This document shows, one piece after another, positions 35,117 through 49,198 of a stretch of DNA of 64,000 nt. Position 1 is the stretch's first letter. Every line of letters starts with the position of its first letter. Under the pieces are notes generated by a model, which worked only from the letters and a program-made list of their open reading frames with translations, was not told the DNA's origin and did not search any database. A program made the translations under genes and the position numbers. Origin of the DNA: Catajapyx aquilonaris (taxonomy: Eukaryota); NCBI GenBank assembly GCA_000934665.2, contig KZ538160.1:1-64000 (forward strand). The letters are read 5' to 3'.

Positions 35117-36242
35117 ATCTCTGATCATGCAGTATCTGAGGGGGGTGGGAGGATTTGCATATTATTTTCGGATAAGAAGCCAAATTATAAGATTGCAGCG
35201 CTTTTGCCACCGGGAGACAAAAAGTTGCTAATCATAAAATAGTACCTAGTCCCCAGTTCAAGAGAGCGGTATAGGCATTGTTGACCCCAGCAACCAGTTA
35301 TTCCGGCTAGTGAAAGTGCCCCATATTATTCCAACGGGTGTGCCAGGACATGTCATTTACGTTATAAAAAGGTTACACTAACACTATCAGTTCTTGACAT
35401 TTCATCACTTTAGTGGTCCACAGTAGAAAAAGCAAAAGGATTAACCACATAGCATTGAAAGAACACTGTACCTTAATTCGCCGTCCATACTGACCTTCCT
35501 TAGCCCTCCGGTCGTGCAACGCAAAAATGAGTCGAAGCGTTAAATTGGTGCTTTGTTTACTTATTGGAGCTACATTGCTGATTATCATACATCCGCAGGC
35601 GGATGAGGCGGGCCGAATGCCTTAGGCATCTTCTGAGTTTTTTTTAAATTACACATGACCTCATCTACGCCTATTATTATTGATTCAACACGAGAATAAT
35701 ACCGATGTTACTATTGATATTGTTGAAATGTGGTTAGAATCATCCTGGATTGTACGCAACAGCACCCTTGTATCACGAACAGTATAAAGATCAGGCGCAC
35801 ACTAGAGTCTGGAAGATACGGTAATCCGTATATTATTGAACATCGGTGTCAGTCAAATAAAGAGATGGTCAATGACTCTATGTTATTGCATGTCAATATA
35901 CAAGACGGTGCCAATATCCATGATATCATTTCACCCGATCGAAGTAGAGGCACGTGCAAAAAGGACTATGGAAAAGTGGATCTTTTGACCCTGAATATGC
36001 CTGCAGAGTTACCAAAGCCAAACGAAAATCCAAACTCTCAATGGAAATGGGCCTTAAAATGTAACTTGAAAGGACTTGGGAAATGTGAGCCGTGTTTTCT
36101 AAACGCAGAAGCACTCGTGCATAGATGAAAATATCCCTTTAGGTGCAAGTTTTTAAAACTCTTTTTATATAGCCCTAAACTATGTTCTATCTGAATTGAA
36201 AAAAAATAACGTTTTTCTATCTACAGATATCGTCATGTACTG

Positions 36243-36293
36243 TATACGCCAAATTGTTTCATACCCCGGAGGTATGAAACAATTTGGCGTATA
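36243..36293. repeat. Perfect hairpin, 23-bp arms
   Basis: tatacgccaaattgtttcatacc ccgga ggtatgaaacaatttggcgtata. Confidence 0.95.
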
Positions 36294-37701
36294 TAAGTAC
36301 GTACCATGTGCATGATCATCCTCTAAATAAGATAGGTAGGTCTATCATTTTCCAACATTCACTGAACCCACTTTTAACCTTCTTATAGCAAAGTTGCAAA
36401 ATATTGACTTAGGACACTTCACCACCAAAGGATCGATTTACGTCCTTAATTTCGCACTCAGCACTCTTGCAATTAGCTCTAACAAACTATGGTCCTGTAC
36501 CATTTAGCTTTTAAGACTCACCAATTCAAACCAATTTGCTTCATTTCAGCAAAAAAAAAATCGGACTGATAGAAAAATAGATGCGTAACTCCCTTGGCGA
36601 TCTACCACCCATTGAAAATCTGCATTACCCAGCTTAAATAATTGTCGACCAAATCCGTCAATACAGACATAAAAAAGACACATCCACAAGNGGGGGGGTT
36701 GGCCACCATTTGTAGGAAAGCGTAATAAAGTTGGGTACATTGCGGTTGGGTCCCAATCGCCCCCCTCTCATTGATGGAGTCAAAAAGCACACACTCCCCC
36801 TACTGATTAATGCTTGTTACACAAGGAAACCTTTCAGCGGAGGTTTAAAGCGCTTAAATAAAATAATTAGGGCCTGGCGTAACGGGCCAATAACTGGTCA
36901 TCGACATGATTCATTTTATTATCCGATCATTTGTCGGCCCATCCGGCATGTTTATACAATGATGATGCAGAGAAGGGGGGGGGGGATGTGGGGGTAGGGA
37001 GGTGGGGGGTGTTCAGCAATTGGATCCCTAATAGCACAATCCTTTGCGCCGTTTAACAGGCCGCTTTATTCGACCGGATTGGGCCCCATTTATCACGGCG
37101 TTGCCAATTCGGCCACGATATTTATAACCCGGATCTCATTCCGCGGTCTGCATGCTGGCGAATTCCACTCCCATTCCGCTAATTATCTATGCACTGCTCC
37201 CGTGCAAAACAAGCCTGGGTGCGAGTATATTACGCGGGATTTCCAGAAATGCCTTTTTTTGGGGGGGACAGGGGGGGAATTGGGAGGGAGATGTGTATGT
37301 GGAGGATAGGGAGGGAAAAACGGGGAGGGAGTTGCATTTCACTTGCAATCCGGCTTGGTCTCCCTGGGGATTCATTTGTTCCTGGGATAATGCATGCTTC
37401 TTCGGGGACTAACTTTGCAAATCTGAAACTGCTGCAAAAATTCATCGATTATTAATTGCAGCAAAGTAGACCTCCCAAACTTTGCACTGCCGGATGGCAA
37501 AAATAGATTCATCCCTGGGCTATGCATCACAAATTCGATGCATACACTGATTTGGAGGTAGAAAATTCATGGCACATTATTAGTCATTTCACTTCTCTAT
37601 GAGGGGGGAAAAGTATTGCAAATATTCTGTTTTACCTTCTGCAGTTGGCTTAAACTTATACTGGCCATACAAATGAAATCCACTTTGGTTTTTAGTAGTT
37701 A

Positions 37702-37840
37702 TTTACACCTTTACACTTTATACCTTTACACTTTACACCTTTACACTTTATACCTTTACACTTTACACCTTTACACTTTATACCTTTACACTTTACACCT
37801 TTACACTTTATACCTTTACACTTTACACCTTTACACTTTA
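37702..37840. repeat. 30-bp minisatellite (about 4.6 copies) built from 7/8-bp subunits
   Basis: (tttacacctttacactttatacctttacac)n. Confidence 0.95.
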
Positions 37841-38099
37841 AGTAGCATTTTTCCGGCTCTATCGCATGGTGGAGTACATTTAGTCCTAAAGATTCATACG
37901 GAGCCAACATGCAAGGATTTTATGTAGGTTATTCACTAGCATGTAAACAATTGCATTATTTCTACACTGGCTTTTTGTATATAATGGATTTCTCCTGTAT
38001 GCCCACGATATACACAAGTCACAAAAGAGACGTGATCGCTTCACTACAATAAAAATCATGTCGGAACATGATCTGATTGCAAAATTTTTGTGCACAATG

Positions 38100-39600
38100 A
38101 ATGGCCTTTATGATGGTACTAGGCCACGCTAAGCGACAGTTGGCTCTTAACCGACGGACGGTTAAACAAATAGGTGGAACAAAGCTGTCATATTTGATTC
38201 AAGTTGTCAGGCAAAACGCACGTGACTTGCCGCCTCTTTTGGACGATGCGTTATTGCTTACCAGGGAAAAACTACTGCGAAGTTCACATTCAAAGTAGAG
38301 GCCATTAAGGCAAGTCGACCGAGTCCAGCAGAACAAGCAGAAAGCAAGTCAGCAGGAAACAAAAACGAACAAGAGAAAGAAGACAAAAAAAACGAGTGGC
38401 GAGAAAGTGCGGCGAAGCAAGAAGCGGAGTCTGGTTGGACCTTCCTCAAGGGAGCTCTCAGAAACAATCCTTATGTGGAGAAGAGAGGTTTCTGGGATAT
38501 GGGCCATGCTATCCGGAGGCACAAATGGGCCTTTTTGTCCTCCATTTTCGGCAGCCACAGCCGCACTCGCCTCATCTTCTCTTTTCTCGCACCTTTAATC
38601 GTCTCTTGCCTGCCTGAAGGCCCACATGTTGTGTGTATAATATAATACAATGCCCGAAACACATCCACCTTCCAACTTCAGTACTTAGGTTATTTTTCAC
38701 TATCAGCACGGGAAGTTCATTGTGCCTGCAGACACAAAGACGGCGAAATACAAGGGTTGAGCATTGCCCAAAAAACCCAGTTCAAGATAGGTGAAGAATT
38801 ATATACTCCCACCAAGCATTTTCAAGAAAGGAAATCCCGTTAGAACTGGAAATTGGTCCCAAACTCATTTGGATTGTTTCTTCTCTTTAAACTAAATTCA
38901 GGGAAATACAGTCCATTCTTTCTTCACCTATTATTCATTAGTATCGACTATGGTATACTGAACTTTTTGATTAATGCTAATTATTTATGTAACTCTGCAT
39001 GAAATGATCCTTTGGTAACCGAGAGTTCATTCTATAAGTTCGTCCGTATCATTATAAAACTTTGTGTATTGGTTGTAGTGAACAGTACTCTACTATTATA
39101 GTCACCTGCATACCAGTAATATTAAAATTCAAGTGAAAACTATCGTAGGTTCTTAGACCAACCTTTTAATATTTTAAACTTGACAAATTACAAGCACATT
39201 CGCTTCACTCTGACCCTCATACACCCCTCATACCTCTAGTCACTTTCCACATCTGCAAATACGCAACTTTCACTTTTCTAGTAGACACCGTAATGCACCT
39301 TATACCCCAAAAATATGTGTAAGCATAGCAAAGTATAGGCTCTACTGATTCCATACTCTATTTCATAGGATATTCAGAGACATGAACAGTGGAATTTCTG
39401 TAATTCGACCATCAATACGTCGAAGAAAATTGAGACATTTTTATTGGTCCGTTCCCATTCGGCAGATCTTTGTCTTGGCAAGACTTATTCTTTGCTACAA
39501 CTCTCCCATAGCACTAAACTCAGATCTCCCAGGTTACCTGGATGAACTCATCTGGGCATGGCTTTCCGACTATCCAAGCACTTGCCCACGCGCGTGTTGA
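38100..39600 (+). pseudogene. Highly decayed retroelement remnant, possibly DIRS-like (gag and RT fragments)
   Basis: 38100-38270 MVLGHAKRQLALNRR...L(F)G.D. About 38470-38530 LMWRREVSGIWAMLSGG. About 39430-39555 FYWSV/PFG...GYLDELI (RT PFG and YxDD-like motifs). Same strand, expected order. Confidence 0.4.
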
Positions 39601-42600
39601 CTGAACAAGGGAAATAAGGCTTATGACCAAGTTCTAACTCTCCATGCTTTCCCTGACTCAAACTGCTGCCAGTAAATTTATCATGGAATTTATGCAATTT
39701 TGACATCGCCCAGAAGTTTGTGCCTGATTCGGATTGCAATTTGCTCTGCCTATAAGTAAGTCGTACGTAAGGTAGGAATAAAATCCTATTTAGTTTGGCA
39801 TTGTAGGAGTCAATTTTTTACAGCTAATTTATTGTCTTTAATAGCAATTTAAAACAAAATTTATCCCATAAGAGACTATTCAATTTTGAAATCTCAACCC
39901 CATTGATCAGTGTACTTCCAGTGATGCAAGCAGATCTAGTGTAATAGAAACTTAATTACTAAAAAATGATGTGTCAATATTCCCAAGACCAGAACTTGGG
40001 TTTTCTTTAGTGGTCACACAGACAATATTTATCCCATTCCGTTAATCCAATGCAAACTTCATCAACATAAGGAGAACAGTCGAAACGCCGCCAATAAAAA
40101 TTGCCTTAGGTGGATACCTGTACAGTCCATATTGGCATCATCAATCACTAATCAATTCAATCCGTACAGTGCAGTGCCATCCACAGAACATGCAAAAAGG
40201 CCTTATTAATGGATTTTGCCTATAGATTGCAGTGTGTAATTATTTAAATACCAATAATTGCACCTCCGAAAATTATCATTGGCAAGGCAGCTTATTTAAT
40301 TAATCAACATTGCCGATTCAGTTATACAGTACTACTCGGTTTAGACTTCAGAGACGTCAATATCTGCCCGACTGTAATATATTGTGAATAAATTGGGGGT
40401 TTAAAAATTTACTAAATCTGGCAGAAATGCCACTAACCACCAGAATAACCTGGCAACAAAGTAGTCCTAGAACAAAAGTTAGCCACAGCCTTTTGGGGGG
40501 GGGGGGGGTGTCTATTATATACAAATTCGTACAGGACCAGTTCAATATTGACATTCTACGTATTTCAGATTACTCTGTACGTACATCCATATCAGTCAAT
40601 CTTATTATAGCTCCAGGCGTCAAAGCAGAACTGGCTCCCGATGGTGCAGAATATTGAAGATAATATGCACCAAGTGTTCCGATTTCACTACAGTTGAACA
40701 GTGCACTTAAAATGCAGTATCTCCTCCATCAGGTACAAAAAATACAGTGCCTACAGACATAACCTGTACACCCACTAATCAAATTGCAGGAAATGCATAG
40801 TGTGGGAAAATTTTCTACCCACCCCCAGTACATTACTTTTTCCATTGACCCCAACTCCACAGTGGCACTAATCAGCAAAGAGGGAATTTAATTTTGCCTT
40901 CTCTTTTCACATATACCGACAAAATTTGTGCTAGGAATATCTTTTGGGGTGGAGACCACCATGTCCAGTCCCTCGAGTGGATTTCATTCAACCGCTAAAA
41001 CATACAGCAGTTACAGGTTTTCTCCTGCAAAAAGGGGTGGGGGGGGGGGGGAGCCCAGTGTTTTATTATCGCAAATTGCAGGTCAGACACACACTATATT
41101 CCCTTCAGGACATTTATTTCCCGGAGCCTTAATATTCGTGAGGAAGCTTGATTTGGTGCCTGGAGAGACCCGATAGGCCCCCAGGCCCACTTCTTTAATC
41201 CTGCTGCCGCTTCTTTTCCACCTTCTTTTTTTCGTCCAAGCCTGGAGTTTTATTGCACCCTTTGGCGACCTCAGACCATACACTACAGTGTCAGAGGGAA
41301 GAGTGCGTTGGGTTATTCCCTGAGGTGTCAAATTGCCTCCGAGATTGTGCCAGGATGGAGCTGTACAGCGGATGGAAGCGGACAGGATTTCACTCATAAA
41401 CACGCTTTCACACTACGGGCGCCATGAAGCTGCATTCTCATTCTGTCGCGTCTTTAACTCGCTGCGACAAAAAAAAATAAAGCGAGAGCCCAGCATTATT
41501 TACAGAGCGTGCACATCCCTGTATTCACGTTACTTTAATCCGCTTGACGGGGGAACGGGATTTTCTATTATTCAAAGCGCCGTAAATGAAGCAAGTTGAT
41601 TGAACGAAATACCGTGGCCCTGGTGTTGAACAACCAGTGTGTAATGTGCATTACTCCAGTTGCTCATTTGGTGCGCATGCAGTATGCAGGATATACATTG
41701 CATGTCCTGTCAATTGAGCCGGAGTGCAATTAATAAGTCGAAAAATCTGTGATAATAATTATGTTGCTGGATTGATTTATGCGGGCGTAATATATAAAAG
41801 GGGAGCGGTCAATGGGAGCTAATATAGCTCGTAGATTTATTCGGCGCAAGATAGTGCCGAGTATTTCAGACAATAATAATTAACCGTCCGAGGTGAATGT
41901 AACTTTCAAATTACGGTAACGAGCATATTTTTACTGTCATTACTCCCTGTCGTCGAGGTTGAAGTACCCATTACGTGCCATTTGCGGGAAGTGCGGGGCC
42001 ATCCATAAAGAGCGTCACTTTATATTCGGGATTTTTTGGTCCTTCTGTACCCATGTCACGCGCAGTGACGCAAGGCCGGATGCTCCTCCTTCAAAAATAA
42101 CGTCACGCTGATGCTGCACACTATTCATTTTACTCTTTGTTCAGGCATAATGGTAGTGTTACACAGAGGAATTGAAAGAGTAGTGTAACGAATAAAAATG
42201 AGTAAATAATAACACAACTCAATTTGGTGCCATCTCCACCAAACCCTTAAAATATTTAAAATATTATTCGGACTAGGACAAGTGAGTCTACATATGCGCA
42301 GTAGTGCCTGCAGAGTCTCGCATTCACACTCCACAACCAATCGCGTAGCTGATGCAACTTGGTGAAGAATATGGTTTGCGTAATAAAGAGTTGCATAGAT
42401 TCATGAATAAAGTAAGGGGTAAGCTGGGGCCATTGAGGAGCATCTCTGGGGCGTTTTAATAGCTTCTCATGAGAAAACATGATCCACCACTCATCTTTTT
42501 ATAAGCGGAGCAACTTTCAGGCTTGTACCTAATCTGAGGCAAGGCTTCAACGTAACAGGGTACATATTTTGAAAAAATTTCAAATTATTAATGGATATGG

Positions 42601-44352
42601 ACTGTGCTTCTGTAATACCAGACTGTGCTCTATAGTCTATATTCTATACTCTATACACTATAGCGTGCGTGCCATATCTTGAATACCACTTTCATTAAAT
42701 TCAAACACACACATTTTACAAGTCTGGTATAATCCAATCAGGTAAAGAGTTTTTCCACATTATAATTGTTACTAATGTATGAAAATGAAAATATAGCCTT
42801 CATTTTTCAGATGTCATCTCCATTTGCATGATCGAGACCATTTTTTGGTAAACCTCTGCTAACATACTGCCTATAACATAATTTTAGCTTACATCCGTAT
42901 CTACTGTATGTAAATGTGGTTGATACTCGCCTTTGCTGGCTCAGCTTCACGCTTGACCTAGTGTTATGATCTGCAGACACAGCACCATCTGCTTTTGCCC
43001 CAACGAACTTTGGATGTTCCCTTTAAGGTTTAAAAAGGAGCTTCAAAAGTTCTCAGCATGTACAAATGAAATGGCCTTACCCTTACAAATTAGACAAAAG
43101 AATACTCCACTTTCCTGGCATATAGCTGTCCTGTTTACGTTGAACTACTCTGCTTTGGGCTCCTGACAGCCTCGTAACGCACACCCACGTAGTTTGGTAC
43201 CGCCCTAGTATAGCTGAGTATTTCTTATAGCCAAGAGAGTATTTGATTAATTAGTCCAAAGCTACTGCTTGTTGAGTACCGCACTTTGTATACCTCATCA
43301 CTTCTTTACTCTAAACTGCAATCCGGGAGGCTCTGAATCAAAGCGTTTTAATTGCTCGTGCATCTAAGTGGTAAAATTAATCCTCAATTAAGGCGCAGGG
43401 ACGAAGAGGCGGCTTTGGAAAGCAGGTGGTCTCCTTTCAGAGACGGATTTTCATAACTGGGGGGAAGCTTGAAAGCCGCCTGGGAGAAGGAAGAGTCCTC
43501 TGTGTGGCACTGGAGCGAAGCAGACTTGGTCCCGGATGTAAGTGTCCGGAAAATATATGGCGGCGGGCCACGACACGTGAATGGGCCGAATATAGAGTTT
43601 GGAGTGGAGTTTCTCTTCCTCCCTCCTTATTCCCTCCCTCTCCTTCCTTCCCTCGCCCACCGCCTCCGTCATCATCCTGGCCACTATCGATTCACATCAT
43701 CTCCCCTTGGCCTCCTGGCTTTGCCTTCACACTAAATCCCTCGCCTCAGACTCCACGTGACACGTTGCCATCAACCCATCAACCATCGACTATACTTTTG
43801 CTGGAAAATACTGCAACAATTCGATAACTGGTGCCCATTGGACAACCATCCACTCTCGGCTTTGACTACTAACTTTCAGAGCTTGCATTAGGTCCTTCCG
43901 TCTACATTAGACGTCCAGCATCCGTCCAGTGAGGAAGGGGGGGTCTATCTGATCCTTAAGCTAGGCGAGGGGGGCTTGAAAGAACTCCTAGCCGAGCCCC
44001 CATCAAGCTATTTCCCGGCCTCCGGCTCGCTTTACTGCCTGCAAATGGAGCCCCTGAAACAGCGCTCGCCCCAACAAAGAGCGGAATTGGATTTGGTGGT
44101 AAAGGCCCCGTGGTGCTGCAAGTGCCAAACATGAGAGATTGGAGCCAAGCCCAGAGGCCAACTGAGGGTGGGGTAGAGGGTGGAGGGTGCCTGCCAGCCA
44201 GCCAGCCAGCCCCTAGCAGATAAGAAGAATTCCATCCTTATACCTCAACCCACCCACTCCACACCCCTCAGAGACCTCTCTTTCATGCTGGCTGCTTTCC
44301 TTTCCTCGATATACACCAGATCTGAACCCAAAAGAGAATAAACAGCCAACCT

Positions 44353-44473
44353 CGATACCAACTGGGCCTAGACACGTGTCCGACACCAACTAGGCCTAGA
44401 CACGTGTCCGACACCAACTATTAGGCCTAAACACGTGTTCGACACCAACTAGGCCTAGACACGTGTCCGACAC
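44353..44473. repeat. 28-bp tandem repeat, about 4 copies
   Basis: (cgacaccaactaggcctagacacgtgtc)n. Confidence 0.95.
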
Positions 44474-45839
44474 AAACCAGTGAGCTTTTTGTTAGGAGTT
44501 AAATCATTTACTGTGCGCATCATCTGTCTTTGCAGAATCACCACATATGGATCGTAAAATATGGTGAAGGCGTCTATCGCGCGGGCCAACACATTCGTTG
44601 GCTCTAGTTGTGGCTGAACTGGTGGGGGGTGGAGCAGAGGGAGGAGACCACCACCAAATAATTTCACGCTTCAGCAGGGCCGCCTCTGGCCTGAGTCTGC
44701 ATACAGAGGCCTTCTTTTATTAGATGTTATTATGGGAGATTTCAGGGCGGGGAATGCAGTGTAACCGTCTCATAAATCTAGCTTGTTTTTGCTAGAGATA
44801 TAGGGGGGATGCAAATGCCTTAGCTAAAAAAAAATTAGTCATTCTCGTAACACGGTAATAAAACTTTTCACGTGAACAAATGGGTACGTGTTGGTTTTGT
44901 AAGTTGTGATCAGTTCATTAATCAGCATTTATTTACAATCGCAACAACATGACATCCTATAAAAGAGACAAAGGAGGTGCAAATTAATTTTTTAATATAG
45001 AAAATATGACACAGATAATGAATAGATGATTACAAATGTCTATGGCTCACATGATCTTACAGGCACTCAATATCACATTATCATGAATCCAAACAGGAAC
45101 AGTTATCGCTTACCGAAATACCCCAAAACTCCACAAGCGACCATGCTACAGCAGACTTTCCAAACTTTGTCGTGCTACATGATTAGCAGAACCCCAAGTC
45201 ATTATTTTTCGATCATTAAAAATGAAAACAAATTGCTCTTCCTGATATAACCCTTAACATGTGATGTGCGTGTGTGTTTACAATATAATGCCTGGAAGCA
45301 CTGATTCCCCTTTTTCCTTCGTTATATCCGAATAGAAATGGACATATCCCAGAAGATTCCAAAACCCAAGACGTGTTAAACCCATCAAAGTGCCCCAGAG
45401 ACCAATTGGCACGATTCATCGCTGATTCCTTCTATCCATCAATCCATCCATTTTGGAGCGATAATTCCAATAGTTGGCGTGACGGGAGCCATATATCCCT
45501 CAATTTTGAGGTCTCCGCGGAAAATTTCCATATCTGGTCCATGTTGAAAGAGCTAACCAGGTGTATTAATGGACGTCGGGTCGACTAAGTAGAGCAAATG
45601 GGGCCTACGGAAGCCTTGGCTATTTGGGTTGGGGAGAGAAGCGTGACAAGGCAGCAATTAGGCGCCGCTGATGGTCCTCCGAATACAATTATCGGATTGT
45701 CTTCGGAGGGCGCCAAATGCTAAAAGCGCCTCCCAAGATTTATGCAAATGTCACCCTCTCCTCCCCACCCGTCAAGATTTCCCTCTGATGTTATGCACTG
45801 CTTGCTAGTAACGACCCGGAATGCCTCTTCATTTTTTTT

Positions 45840-45842
<3 letters not shown>

Positions 45843-45873
<31 letters not shown>
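45843..45873. repeat. (CT)n microsatellite
   Basis: Seen directly. Confidence 1.
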
Positions 45874-45874
<1 letters not shown>

Positions 45875-46347
45875 GACTCTCTTTCTCCCAGCTCTTCCTA
45901 CACAACTTTATGAATAATGAAAAGGAGATAATATTGGGCGACAAGAGTATCGAGCGAGCAAGCGACGCGGGCTATCTCGCCATGCTAAGCGGCGACGCCA
46001 CCGACGCTCTTTGTCTCAAAGCCCCCCTCTAGTCTCCTTTTCCTCTTTTCCTTCAGCTCTCTCGCTCCCACCAGACCCGAATTTTTCCCCTCGGATTACT
46101 GTCACTCCCCAGCCTATAAATGCGGATTATTCCCATCTACATTCGCTCCCTCCCTCGAAGGATTGAAGGCGACATCTGCTGAGGGAATCTCTTGCTAGTG
46201 ACGTAAATCCGAGCCGGAGCCCGATAGGGGGGAAAGGCTTGAAACTAATTAATGTGCACTACTGTCGCAAAGTTTTGCGCCAAAATAGTACTATCACTAC
46301 TTGTACAGTCGCAAGCACAGTTAGGAAACCAAGCCTGGATCCGGTTT

Positions 46348-46476
46348 ATCCTGAAGGGTAGGCCACCAGGCCTGGGACCGTAGGCCTAACCGCATCCAGC
46401 CCAAGCGCACCTGAGAAATAATACACCCGACCCAAGCTCGGCCATATGATGGTGCGGGTGGCCTATCCTTTAGGAT
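46348..46476. mobile_element. Small degenerate MITE-like inverted repeat
   Basis: atcctgaagggtaggccacc / ggtggcctatcctttaggat (18 of 20 complementary). Confidence 0.5.
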
Positions 46477-46812
46477 TCTTAGCATGATCTCAACACCAGC
46501 TGTGGAAGGTTGAAAACTACGAAATACAAATATGGCAGATGTGTTCCAATGCCATCTAGTAGTTACATTTTTAAAAGTTGAGATATATGCATGATTAGGG
46601 TGTGGATGGAGCAAATTTCTCTCCTGCACCCAATCCCCCCAGCCAACAAACCCACCCTCCTCCCTCCAACATTGATCTTTAGCAACCGGCATGTTCCCAA
46701 TTTTCAGCCTCCTGCCTGCCTCCCAGTCCCGATATCATGAATATGTATTGACTGAACACTAGTGCCGCTGCAATTGGAGCTTAATAAAATTATGTCTCCT
46801 GGGAGGATGATG

Positions 46813-46831
46813 NNNNNNNNNNNNNNNNNNN
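46813..46831. other. Assembly gap
   Basis: Run of N. Confidence 1.
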
Positions 46832-48965
46832 TTGTACAGCATTGAATTATCGACGTTGTTCCCTCCTGGAGAAACAGTCAGGTTTGCTCCATTGGCCAGG
46901 GCCTTGGACATCACAATACTCTCGTCAACATTAAAAGTGCGTTAATTCACCCCAGGGAATCATCACTCCGTCCTGACGTTCTTACTCACAGAGTAATTGC
47001 CGGCTCACACGTCTCTCCCGAGCTCTTCCTTTGCTGAGCTCATCCGTGAGGATTCATTTAATGACATCATCGCTGGAGGGTCCAGCATCACCTCGCACGG
47101 GAGGAACCCGATTTATAGGACACTATGCCTATCATTAACAGTGTGTGCTGATAGTCAACAAATTATGCTGGACGGGCAGCTAATTATGCAGTGCAACAGT
47201 AGTAGGCATATATGATACCTATTCTAAAATTCATAGAATTTGTGAGTCCCTATGTTATTAACGGAAATACAGACTAAATGCATAAAATGTATTGTACCGT
47301 GATGTTGTAGCACATTATTTGGTCCAAAAAATTAGTCCGCGATATTAAAGCGGATTTGGCTGCAAGTACTATCTCATTTCGTCATGTACAAACAGTAATT
47401 CTGCACTTTCTGACTGCCTACTTATGGCCACTACATACGCTGCATTCGAGTATTATATCCTTTAATCAAGTTTGCCACACACAGAAAATTGTCAACACAA
47501 CAATATTTGCACCGCACTGTTCCTGTAAACCCTGTAAACAATGCTTTGAAACAGATTTAGTCAAACGTGATGTTATGTCTGTAAACAATTTGGAGCCTTT
47601 GTCCCCCAGCAACCTTTGCAGTGGGAGCAACAATCCCTGGTGCCTACCTATATAGAAACACCTTCTTTCCTTCAGTAATCGATCCTCACCGCTACTTTTC
47701 TTCGCCTGAGAATTAGGCCCAAACTATCAACCAGCCCACTTACTACATCACAGCCTTGTTTTACTGCTTTAATTTGGTGCAAATAGCGCCAGAAGAAAGG
47801 AGGATGTAGGGTGTTTGGAGGCGGGTTGCACGTAACACCACGCCCAAACCTTCTTCCTTTTACTGCCTTCTCTTCTTGCTGACAGCAGACATTCAAGATT
47901 GTAGAGCTTAAGTAGTACAAGGTTTGGACACTGTGGGACAGACATACAGGTATGAATGCAATTTGAGGTACCGGCATTCCTGCTTTTTTGCCATTTTCTG
48001 AACTCTGCTGGCCTAAATTTCAGATTATTTAAAAGGGTTTTCGTGAAGTTGATGCGTGCTGTAGTTACAGAGGATTTAAAAACATCTTTTCATGGCCAAC
48101 GAGTTGGTCGCTGCCAAAGGAAACTTTTATGGGCTCAGTACAAGTGGACAAAAACTGCCCGAAGTTGAGTATAGAAGTATTTTTTGCTGAATATGTTGAC
48201 GTTTTTCTCTCAAGCGGGATGAAACTAGCGGATGTTTAAAATCACTGCATTTTTAGCAATGGATAGTTACAAACCCCAAATGTTATTATTCCTATTCCAC
48301 TATGTATACAATACATGGTATTCCAAACAAATGTATTTGGCAGTCAGTTGATGAACTGAAAGATTGTTATATCGAAAGACAATAGGCTGCTTTGACGACT
48401 TCATTGCGTTAAAATCGATACAGCCATAAGAGCTATTACCCTGAACATCGTATAATAACTGAAATAACGTTATGGTAATTCTGTTACCTTCACATTTCCG
48501 TAGAGAAAGAGCAAAATCCGTCTAATACACTCGGATATACGGCTAGGGAACATCTGCCATTTGTGAACATAATAGAGGTGGCAGAATTCGGTTCCTTCAG
48601 ATTTACTTAGTATGCACTGGAGAAGCCGGATACTAAATCTGATGATCTGACAATACTGTAGCTATAGTACCGGTCTCTCCCATGAAGTATCCTTATTACA
48701 TCGTCGATATCTGCAGTATTATTTATAACTATTCGATATTACGTCCCTGAAAGTAAATGTTCAGTCGACCTAATTCCACAACTTTCATTACTTGAAAGGT
48801 GATGGTTGCCAAGATATTGACCCTAATATCCCATCCCTGTTAGAAGGTAGAACTATGGTTACTCTTAGTATATGATGATTGTCATTATACATCTGATTCA
48901 AATAAGTGGATTTTCATGGGAAAGCATGTATTTCCTGATACGCTAGTCCACATTACACACATATA

Positions 48966-49198
48966 CGGGGTGTTCCAAATTCGTTGGTAGTTTTTTTATC
49001 ACTGATATCGCCCGATAGTAGTTATTTTTGTAGCTTGTTGTGCCCCTAACCGGGTGCCCCATTACTCCCAGGGGGTCGAATATAGCAGTTGCTATAGAAT
49101 TGGAACCTGGTTAGGGGCACAACAAGCTACAAAAAAAACTAAGTACTATATGCCAATATCAGTTATTAAAAAGCGACCCACTATTTTGGAACACCCTG
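48966..49198. mobile_element. MITE family A, uninterrupted copy (about 233 bp)
   Basis: ta|cggggtgttccaaattcg ... ttttggaacaccctg, with central gggggtcgaatatagcagttgctatagaat shared with the other copies. Confidence 0.92.

Noticed and set aside
36973..37010. G-quadruplex-capable tract
   Set aside because: G and C runs are ubiquitous in this window and some contain Ns; nothing singles this one out.
38740..38880. QFKIGE...FKKG...NWS resembles a Polinton integrase C-terminus
   Set aside because: Too short, needs a frameshift, and conflicts with the DIRS-like reading; unresolved.
41995..42420. Harbinger-like left end ggggccatccataaa and a gag-like peptide LMQLGEEYGLRNKELHRF
   Set aside because: No matching right end, and the peptide is too short to support a call.
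44353..44473. CRISPR-like repeat array
   Set aside because: Units are contiguous with no unique spacers; eukaryotic context and no cas genes.
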